DNA of 64,000 nucleotides from Iphione sp. A-MEVVRFRX5 (taxonomy: Eukaryota), in contig OZ320314.1 of assembly GCA_976226885.1 (NCBI GenBank), forward strand, positions 81,592,001 through 81,656,000. The letters are read 5' to 3'. The first letter of the stretch is position 1. The number at the start of each line of letters is the position of its first letter. The notes below the pieces were generated by a model that saw only the letters and a list, made by a program, of their open reading frames with translations, did not search any database and was not told where the DNA came from. A program made the translations under genes and the position numbers. Shown here one piece after another: positions 50,381 through 60,466 of the stretch.

Positions 50381-51779
50381 ATGCCCAGACAGGAGCTGCC
50401 AATTGAAGAGAAGGTTTGGCTTATACAGTCCTCTATGGATTGGAGTCAACGGAGTCTTGCAGAGGAATTCAAATTGAAAAGACACCTCAAGCCAGATATT
50501 GTCCCAGTATGAAACGTGCAAATCCAGCAGCAAAAAGGCATTGCTTCTCCACTGACCTGACAACCTCAGACAACATGAGGTTCTACTGGTCCACTGTATG
50601 TAGTCCCTCAACCTCCTAGTGCCTGAGCGGATGATTCAGGAAAAAGCAGTGCTGTTCTCTAAAGAGCTGAATCCACCGGATTTCAAGGCATCTATGGGCT
50701 GGGTGAATCGATTCAAACAGTGACATGCAATTGCAGTCTGTGGAAAGAGTGGAGGCACATCGGACTAGTCTGTCAACAACTGACTTGACTGCCTCCCCGA
50801 GATGCTGAGCGGATACTCTACAGCCACAAACTTTAAAATGGATAAGACAGGCCTTTTCTATAGGAGTATGCCTGATAAGACCCATGCCAAGAAGGGAACC
50901 CATGCAGTAAAGAAATCCAAGGAGAGGATCACTCTGTCTCTGTGCTGTAACATGGAGACGGAGTTTGAAAAGGCTTGTCATTGCAAAGGCGCAGTGACCC
51001 AAGTGCCTTAGGCATGTTGACATATTTATCCTCCCTGTCACCTGGAAAGTCAGCTCTAGGGTCTGGATAACAGCCACAATCTTAAAGGAATGGCGGCACT
51101 CTTTCAACAAAAGAATGAGGAAGCAAAGAAGACGTGCTCCTATTGCCTGATAATGCACCCTCACACCCACTTGAAATCAAGCTGAGTCATGTGAAGATAA
51201 TCTACTCTACAAGAAACTTTTGAACTTCTCCCTCACCAATGCTGACTACAGTGATGGTCCCATAGACACTCAGGCACTGATGAAGTCAGTTGATCTGTAG
51301 AGGGTGGTCTACTGGCTGAAGAACTGAAATTAGCAGTTGAAGCCACAAACATTTCAGAAATGTTTCCACAAAGCAGGTGTGAATGTTCCTCAGCTGTGCA
51401 CTCAATTGTAGGAAGAAGAGGATGAAGATGACATCCCTCTTGATGAATTGGTCAGGAGGCTGCTTCCTGGAGAAGACCCATGTCTGTCAGATGATTATTG
51501 TGGATTTGATGATGAGCTACCAGCTCATCACCAGGACATTGACAGTGGTCTTATCCCTAAGAAAGATCCTTTAGAAGAAAAAGGGTATGAAGAAGACACA
51601 TGAGTGTCCCTTGAATCTCACATGCAGAGGCTATGGAGATAATGGAGACACAATAGAGACAAACCTTCTCCCAACATGGAATCAAAAGAAGCCTTGATCC
51701 TCTGATGATCTCCATAAATAACTTTGGAAAGCACATTCAGCAGGCCATGAAGAGGCAACCCATAATGGACACTTCTTAG
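50381..51779 (+). pseudogene. pogo/Tigger transposase remnant (near full length, many stops/frameshifts)
   Basis: ATG at 50381: MPRQELPIEEKVWLIQ..SQRSLAEEFKL (psq HTH); QEKAVLFSKEL..DFKASMGWVNRFKQ*H (HTH_Tnp_Tc5); FKMDKTGLFYRSMPDKT..KKSKERITLSLCCNM; FNKRMRKQRR..LLLPDNAPSHP..LSHVKII (DDE_1); acidic EEEDEDDIPL and terminal KRQPIMDTS*. Confidence 0.92.
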
Positions 51780-52017
51780 GTCTTCCCAGTGATACATACA
51801 ACTATTATGTATAGACAGACATTTATCTGTTCACTTTATCCCTGTTTCATATATATTTCCTCATGGAATTCCTCTTATTTCCATGTTTAAATGAAGAAAT
51901 GATTCAATGTGTACTTTATTCCATTCAGAATAGTCTTACACCGATTTATGGCCAAAACCACTGATGCAACCACTTGAGTCTAGAACAGAGGGGTGGTCAC
52001 AAATCAGCATTCAACTG
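50381..52017 (+). mobile_element. pogo/Tigger element hosting the transposase above; right end only
   Basis: Right terminus ...CAGCATTCAACTG followed by TA at 52018-19 (reverse complement TA|CAGTTGAA..GACCACC). A left TIR could not be identified. Confidence 0.55.
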
Positions 52018-54829
52018 TACATGTATATAGTGAATTGACATGCAGAAAAAACGACATTCATTAGTACATGAGTGAATATGCTTTTTTTAGCATTCATCAA
52101 AATGTAACGCAACATATGTATTATTCTAGAGTATAATTTCAGTAAGCAACAATAAAAATCATATTATTCATTCAACACGGCTACGCACCGATTGTGTGCT
52201 ATTGTAGAGATAAGTAAAAGCGTTGTGAGGGTAAAAAAGCTGGGGGCAATTAATCCCTACCACCCAAAAGCATCAAACTCGAGAACTAACAGTTCAGTGC
52301 AGTTTACCAGTTCCAGGCGTGTAGATTTCCAACAAATCATGATTGCCTCGAAGCACATTCCCTCTTCAGTGATGAGCGCTGAATAATTCAAAGGATTTTA
52401 AATGGAAGATCATCAGGCCTTAATGTTTCATCAGTGAGTACTAGACCCATGGCGACGGTGATAACTCCAATATGAAAGTTTCCCTGGATTTACTGTATAT
52501 TCGACTCACTAATACACAAGGCCGAAAACGATGCTGGTGATAACATTTTCCATCTACAACATGTAATATGGGCGGCAGCACCGTAAAATTGATGTCATAC
52601 GTTCGGGTACGCAGAGAAATAAACGTAATGTAATTGCCCATCGAAACAGCAATAATACGTGTCGTAAATGCAAATTCATTTTCATAAATTTACTGCAATG
52701 AAATATATAATAATCTAAAGAGGGCCTTCTCTTTGAAACCCTGATAGGGGACACATTTCAGACCTCCTAGCACTCCATATATGAGCTAAAGAGATTTTGT
52801 TCTCAGTAATATTTATCACAGTGTCTTTATTCAACACCTGTTGAATTATAAATATGCCCTAAGGGAAGAGCGAGAAGAGAACGTATTCTTTCCATGTGAA
52901 AGCGTGAGACTATAATTAAGCATAAATGCGAGTACTAGGCGACACTTTGCAGGACCACTGGTGAACAGGCACACAGGATATGCTCGATACCAAGAATCTG
53001 TCGAACTCGAAATACCAACAATGTGGCCCCAAGATCGAAAAGCGAAGACATGAATCCCATGTGAGACAGTAGTTGGCTCTAATTCGTAGGGGTGGGTTGC
53101 TGGCTAGTGATCTAGTCAATAAGGTATTGACCAGTGGTCAGTATAACCCTCTTTACGCGCTTGCCAGACTCCGAAAGCCCTCGACAAGAGTGATCACAGG
53201 CTGACGGTCAACCCAGCTCTTCTTCTTAACCCTTTCCTACCTGATCATTGAATCCCTCCCTGGTAGTGAGTCATACTATGAACGCTGACACAAGATATTG
53301 TCAATAAAGGAGGCGCGTGCAGTCTACTGTATGTATAATATATAGCCATGGATGTAATTTGAATGAATCCAGAGTCTGCTCTATCGTATATGGAAGGGGT
53401 TGAAAATGACCTTGATATATTTGTAGTTTGTGATGAGAGGAGTAGAGGGTGTGGTGTGTGTGTTTAGACACCCGGTTGTAGTGGCGCGGACTGCAGGTCA
53501 TTTCCGATGCTCAACCTCCCACAAGCCCTGTTTGCTGCGCTCGGCGATGTTTAATCTGGGAGGACGATGGTTGACCACCGTCCAACGGAGTTCCGGCCTG
53601 ATCCAAACAGTGCCGAACAGCGGTTCGGATCTGCGCCCCCTTAGTAGTTGTCTCGAGTGAACACCATAATCAAGATTCAATCACAGCTGAAGCAATCGGT
53701 TCGCTGGTTGAGCAGTCGGCTAGCCAGCGCGTAGCGCTTATAGGGACGAGGTGGTGTGGGAGGTGAGGGGTGGGCAGGACTTTGCCTGCTGTCTGGCGGT
53801 TAGTCGCCGTGTAGTAATGTGAATGTGAATTTTCAGCAGGGTACAGTCGTGAAGGGCTTATTTACCAGGGATTTCTTTTAAGGCAAGTCCGCATAACAAT
53901 TGTTGAACCGGTGAATATTTCATAGTTACTACCGGTATCACCTTTGGGAGAATTAGGTGCCTTGAGGATGAGAATCACGATATCATGTCGCACTGTAGTA
54001 ATACAGTCATCTATCGTATATTTCCGTATCACCAGCTAGTGTTTACATACTTTGGGTTTATAAACAAGAAACGTGGACCACTCGGGGCAGAAAATGCCAC
54101 AAATAGAATTAAATGGGTTCGGTCCCTAACAGAATTATTGCCGATGTCAGCAACAAAGTTAAGGCCGAGATTTTTCAATCAGCTTCGGACCAAACCGGGA
54201 ATTGCAAATTCCAATGATGGCGCAGCCATCCATATATTGACCGCAAGAGAGCGACCTGTGCAGCAACAATACTCGAAATATTACCAAGAAAGTACGCAGA
54301 GGGAAGGGAAAAGAGAAATGGGAGCGTCTGCCCTGCTCGAATCGTCCATTCCTTTTAGTCGGGATGGCAAACAAGGGGCGGTATTTCCAGCGACTGACAA
54401 CGTCTTTCGAGTAAATCTCCGGCAAACAATGTCTCCGCTCTTTATCATACCCGGACAGTAATGGCCAGGCCTCATATGTTGATATTCTCACAATAAAGAA
54501 AAAAACAGACGAAGGATAAATGCCTCACTAAGGACAAAACACCGGCTCAGGTGGTGGTGCAGACAGAGTCGAGCATTTATTCAGACCGGACCTGGGAAGA
54601 GAGCTAGAAAAATAATGCGGATTTCCCCCATATTTTCGGAAAATAAATGGGAATTTCTCAAAAAAAGTATACTATTCGGTTATATGAGATTACCGTTTAA
54701 TGATGATCTTAATCCTTCAAGGTATTTAATATGAAAAAGGAATGGCTGACACAATCATTGTTAGGTATCCTTAGATACATGTTTTCACAGCACAGTTTTT
54801 GTAAATTCACTAGACTAGAAACAATAAAA

Positions 54830-54992
54830 TCCAAGGAAATTCAGCAAAGAAATATAAATCAGTCAAAATTCTCCACATTGTCTTTACTATTGTTGAAAAC
54901 TATAGGAAGAAAGTGACAAAAAAATAAAAGATACCCCCTCCCTACCTAGGTTTTTGGCTGGTCGTTACCAGAAACACACCTATCTTTTTGCC
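54830..54992 (+). mobile_element. Fragment of the GGC(C)-ended dispersed element
   Basis: Ends ACCAGAAACACACCTATCTTTTTGCC|TTA; homologous to 49178-49330 and 50099-50179. Confidence 0.55.
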
Positions 54993-56339
54993 TTAGCAAT
55001 CGTATAGCATTTCTATGTTGGGGCGTTTCAATTTGGCTGATGATACGTAAAAAGCCTTAGACTAACGATTTTCTTTAGGGAAAACTGAATCCATTCCCAA
55101 TACATTACTAGGTAAAGACTGAATGCTGCTCAGCGCGACAGATCTGAATCCTCGCCCGAACTAGGACAAGCAGTGTTAGATCAGCAAGCCAGTCGTCGAC
55201 ATTGAGAGTCACCTGGTGAGCGAAGACTGAACCTTTCAGCCGGTCTTGGAGAGTGTCGTGAGCATGTTACCAACTGCGCGAAACAGGATTTAATCACGAG
55301 ATGTGTATAACGCCTGGACGAATGCTGCGGAAAGTGTGAAAGACAGGTAAAGAAAGGGAGCTGCAGTGAATGTGCAGGGCTGTAAGGGGCTACTAGCCGA
55401 AAGGAAAATTGGTTCCACTTACAAAAAGGAGTTACCCCTTTCGATGAAACAAGACCTGTTATATTGCAAAAAGCTCTTCGCATATTAAATGTATTGGCAA
55501 GATGATTATGGAAGCTTCTTCTATATTTTTTTCTGTGGCAATAATGTCGTACTGTAAACCCAATTGCATAGGATGCTTCAATTCACCTGTGATTATGTGT
55601 CGCTTCTTTTAGCGGTAAGTCCAAGTAAGATCACCTATTAATCATAACCTTTTTAGGAGAATTTTACCATTGTGTGACGACTTTATTTCTTTAAAAAATG
55701 GCTGGTTTAATTGAAGGGAAAAGACGGATCAAAGTTATGTTCAAAGACGCTCAGGCATGGTACATGTGTATTCCTTTGGAACACGTCTGTGTGGATATAA
55801 AATGGCTGGACAATACAGGAAATGGAGGCAAAACAAATCTTCGTAAGCATGGCTGGAGCATTGGGCATAGTTTGCGGGCTTAAGCAAAGTTCAAGCGATG
55901 TTCAGCACTCACACTACATTTGACAGGCAGATGTAATTTAATTGCAAATATATTTATTTAGACGGATGTGATCTGATCGTAAGCCTCTGCTGCAGCCATT
56001 TCAATTATAAGCAGGAAAGATATCTAAAACCCGGCACAGAGTCTGATTGTTAGGCTGTCATATTTCCTGTGTGACGAATTGGGGCGTAGCTCATATGGTG
56101 CATCAGCTGTCGTGATATTCCATCTTTATGGAAGCTTTTGCACGACTGAAACAATTTCACGAGCGTCCTGGACATCCCTGACAATCCCGGCGAAAAGAAG
56201 GTCACAGACGAAACAAAGAAGTACGTTTCATGATTTTAAAACCTGCAAAGTTTGAACGCCAGGTATGAGTGACATCGTGACAGTCAGCATCCCTCATAAT
56301 CCTAAGATCCTTACCTTGGCAAAATCTCCGACCGCCGAT

Positions 56340-56730
56340 CCCTCACACAGAGCCAGAACTTGGGGGTATCCATAGCAACCTTGGCCTCATTAGTGGCGCC
56401 GTCTTCCGGGGGACCACATTAATTGGGATCGTCCCAATGCTGATCTCTCTACCCTGTAGAGAATCGCATGGGACCAAGAGCCACAACAGCGTTGTGTCAA
56501 CGGACCCCTAGACCATTAGCCCCCACCTAAGCCAATGATATAAAAGTCTGATCTAACAGAGGTCTCGCTTGGGCCAATATCATTACTTCTATAAGCCCCC
56601 GTTGACCTGGCACTTTCTTAGCTGTTGACCTCAAGGTGGTCCTACATTCTCAACGCCATGCTTCTAGATTCTTTTCACATTGGGCAATTGTGCCACCACG
56701 TCCCAATAGAAACCATGGCAACGACCCTCA
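56340..56730. promoter_or_regulatory. Promoter-like island with X-boxes, CCAAT boxes and a TATA-like element
   Basis: X-box GTATCCATAGCAAC (56366, matches GTHNYYATRGNAAC) and GAAACCATGGCAAC (56709); GCCAAT at ~56531 directly followed by TATAAAA (~56539); further CCAAT at ~56574 and ~56703. Confidence 0.45.
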
Positions 56731-58360
56731 ATTAGAGCACCTATCTGCACACCGTTTGACGGCCCCTTGCTAAGCATAATGAAAATGCTGTGCTAGACAG
56801 GTTTGACATCTCTGCGCCATACGTCATCATTTTCTACTTACCTCGACGTCCTGAAGGGATCAATGTCCTTGATGGTTACCAAGAAGCTGTCAAACAAAGT
56901 GCGTGTTAATACGTCACATCAATAAGGAAAGTTGTATGCTGTCATTGTTTTCTTCGCGCAGGGAGTCAGCACAATGCACAGGGGCGCGCCTCCGGTGTGA
57001 GATGAGGAGATAAGAAGGCTAAAACGAGGGGTTTACGATTCATATATCCGACACTAACAGACCCTACGTTAAATTTAGATTGATGAAGGTTGCGTCATTG
57101 TAGCATACAGAAGGGTATACTTATCCCTGTGGAGTCCTTGTTTGCTGAGGCTAATAGCGGGTGCGTATTCTTGCGTTTTCTTTTGAAGATGACTATATTA
57201 ATATGTAAAAGGGATCTCCAATGCAAGAATAGCCAGGAGGAAGTTCAAATTCAAGGAAGATAACCAGGGACTGCTTCGCTGGGGTAAGCGTTAAAGGCGG
57301 TAATGGTGAAGTAAAGCATCCTTAGTAGAGCTACCTGGGGTTTAATTGGCCAGATCCTCCTTATTTTCCCATACTTATGCCGCGAACGGCTCCGCAAGCA
57401 ACCATAATGGCAACGCCGATGAAGGCTTTCACAATCCTCTCCCTGCCCCAAACCATTATATGCACAATTTAATGTCTGATTTACTATGAAGATTGCATCT
57501 ATTTGTATTCATAGCTGACCATTTTTTCACAGATTAGATCCTCATTTCCATCATCGCAGCCTTTTCCTGTTCATGTAAAGTTGGCTCTGTGGCTCATCGT
57601 TTCGCATTTTGTCATTTATATTACAAACTGACTATATCTTGCATTACCAATCAACCATATTTGTACGTCATTACATATGATATATACAATCCTCATCATT
57701 TCCTTGGTCATGCATCCTATTATTAATTGGTTAAGAGAGTCAGTATGGATTCAGCGGCCGTTTAGATGTGAAGAATCGTGAGAGTTGGATAAATGACTAG
57801 ATAAGAATGAACACGACTATGACAAAGTCACTTACTTCAGTAAACAGCTACTTGTCTACTCATGTCCGATGAAGTACGAGAGAAAGACACGGAAAAATGA
57901 CAGTCTGTAGGGAATCAAAAGATTAGCACTTGTTTAAAAATGAACAAACAACCACGGTGTTCCAAGCTGAATCGACCCATAGACGTTGCCACGAAGGTCT
58001 GTCTGAAAGGACGCAATCTTTACTGAGGATGACAACTTCTGGCAAAACTAGTAAAAACTATTCTTAATTTCCGCGTGTTCTTTTCTCAGTGAAATTCTAC
58101 ACTTTAACATCAACAAACTTTCTTTTGTTGCCATTATGAAAGTGACATTCTGCTACTGTTAGCCTTTCTGGAACTCTTCTAATCAAATGCCTTCTTGATA
58201 GGAAATGAATAAAAACAGTGACATAATTTTTCTCTTTAAATGTTTCTTAATTTACGAGGTAGTACCCTCACCTCAACATAATAAAGACAATTGAACTGAC
58301 AATTATTAGCGTATCTCCCATCAAAGTAAAGGCATGACAACACCCAGGATCAAGATTTAT

Positions 58361-59400
58361 AAGGTTCAAGGTTCAAGGTGTGGGGGTTGGGCAACGACCT
58401 TGGAGGGGTGCCCTGGCCTTCACTGGTTAGGAAGGCCTGTTCAGCGTGGCCTCCTGTGCTGTGTGTAGTGTGGGCATAATGGAAGTCACTCAGTGTGCCA
58501 CAGATAATGCCGGTGACTGACTGGCATGATCAAAACTGGGACCACCAACAGACAGTGAATCCTCAGGGCTCCCCGGGCTATATTTAACATCGGGATGGGG
58601 GATGAACAACAGCAAAGTCCCAGTACCAGTGCTTGCTCAGGCGTGGAGTGATTGGCAGGTGATGTCAAACAGGCTATTCGAGGAGTCAACTATGTGGTAG
58701 CACAGTGTAACACTGACCACTATGCTCACCCCTCCTAGGCATTGTGTTACAGTGGGTGCAAAACTGCCAGTGTCAGGACTGAATTCTAATGTAGACACAA
58801 GGTAGACCAAGTTGCCTAGGTCTACCTGGCTCCCCAGTATCGGGTTTCAGCCTTCAATCAGCCTGGGTCTATGACAGGTGCAGAGGGCCAGTGGTCTGAC
58901 CAGGGTGACAGTACAGGTCAGACCAGCTCCCAAAGTTTACAGTACATAGACCACCTTTGGACCTCCAACTAATTGTGTGGACCTGAGGTAAGGGGTTAGC
59001 CCACCTGGGGTTAGCTCCAACATAGATTACAGGGTGGTCAGTACCAATGCCAAAACTTTACACAGATAGCCCATTTGCACACATATGTTCTATATAAGTG
59101 TAACCAAGTCCCTCCTGACCAGGTTACACTGGTCCCCTTTCGAGTTACAGCTGGGAAGCCAGCCAGAACATGGGTACATTGCAAAGACTCAATGGTAAGG
59201 GGTTAGCCTAGCCATGAGTTGGCTCCCAAAGGGTTATAGAGTGGTCATACCAACTCCCGAGCCTACACAACATATGTACCAGTGCAATGCCTGTTACATA
59301 CACTCACCAACCGCAGCACGTCCTCACTCACTCAGAGCACTGAGACTCCTGACCAAGATGTATAGATTTTTATTTGTGGCCATACACAACTCTCTACAAA
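58361..59400 (-). mobile_element. Probable retroelement-derived repeat with a short 7-bp tandem tail
   Basis: Abrupt switch to GC-richer sequence starting at AAGGTTC-AAGGTTC-AAGGTG (a minus-strand (ACCTTGA)n tail, typical in form of non-LTR 3' ends). Internal repeated AAGGGGTTAGCC (~58990, ~59197). No protein motif recognised; right boundary uncertain. Confidence 0.3.
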
Positions 59401-60336
59401 ATGGAAACAGATCACGTACATGTGCACAAACTGGAAGGCATCCCTTGATTTATGCAGTCAATATGATGAGAAATAAACACTCTGGATTATGTGCATAGGA
59501 ATACGAAGGCAAGTATAAATAGTTAGTATGGATATTTTAAGTTGTATATATTCATAATATAATTTATAATAATAAATAATAATTCATAAGAAGGCCTGAA
59601 AATCTAACAAGGGTGTCCCATCACGACATTGTTTTGCTCAGGTCCAAACGTTACCCTTCTTTCCCCCGTCCCCCCAAAAAGGCCAGTAAATACCGCGATC
59701 GAGTTTTCCCTTAGGCAACTACTGTAACTTGTTATGCCATGGATCTTTTCAATTTCCTGCTGCTTTCCTGTCGAACATTACGTTACTGGTCTCATTGGTC
59801 ACTTGGCCTTGGCAACTATCGGCTATCTGCATAATCATAAAAGACCAGACAGCCCTCGCAGGTTGTCAAAGGTCTGTCCATATCTATTGCCATTGTAGCA
59901 AATGACATTACAGTACCCTGGACGACCCTTTTCAAGCCCGTGTTGTGCCTGCACCCACCCCGCCCAGTAAATGGATGTGTTTACGAGCCAAGGCAATTCT
60001 AGTGTGTCAACACCGATCACATGTAACAGTGATAAAGCGGGTAGTACTTTTGATCGAGATCCGCGCTCTCAGCTCTCTAGTCACTTGCAAACTGGAGCGA
60101 CGAGGGAGCGTTTACAGTAAAGACTAAAGAAATTGAAGCCTCTCACCCAAAGGCTGAAGAGCCAGACCTTTTGACACTTTTACTCTCCTTGGGAAAAGGA
60201 AAAGATGCTCTGCTGTCGCGAACCCCTGTCCCCAAATGAGTTTCTTATCAGAAGTTATGCATGTAAACCAGTTTACAGGTGATAACCTGGTCAGAAATAG
60301 GATGGAGACAGAGAGCGAGAATTATGGCTCAATTAA

Positions 60337-60466
60337 GGTCCAGTTTCCATGTATCCGTATATCGATATTCCATGCCAATCCATCGGGATGTTCAGACATA
60401 CGTTGGCCCGAAATACGACTTGGTGTGCTTCCATGTCCACAAATGTGTTTAGGTGTGAACTATACT
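60337..60466. mobile_element. Possible short Harbinger-like MITE
   Basis: TAA|GGTCCAGTTTCCATGTATCC ... GTGTGAACTATACT|TAA; weak TIR match and the same GTATCC motif as the 28261/32270 family. Confidence 0.3.

Noticed and set aside
53985-54491. Overlapping 158-aa (+) and 110-aa (-) ORFs
   Set aside because: No recognisable motif or convincing splice boundaries; compatible with chance in a GC-richer island.
56450-56460. TACCCTGTAGA, identical to the first 11 nt of miR-10
   Set aside because: The rest of the mature sequence does not match and no complementary arm is evident nearby.
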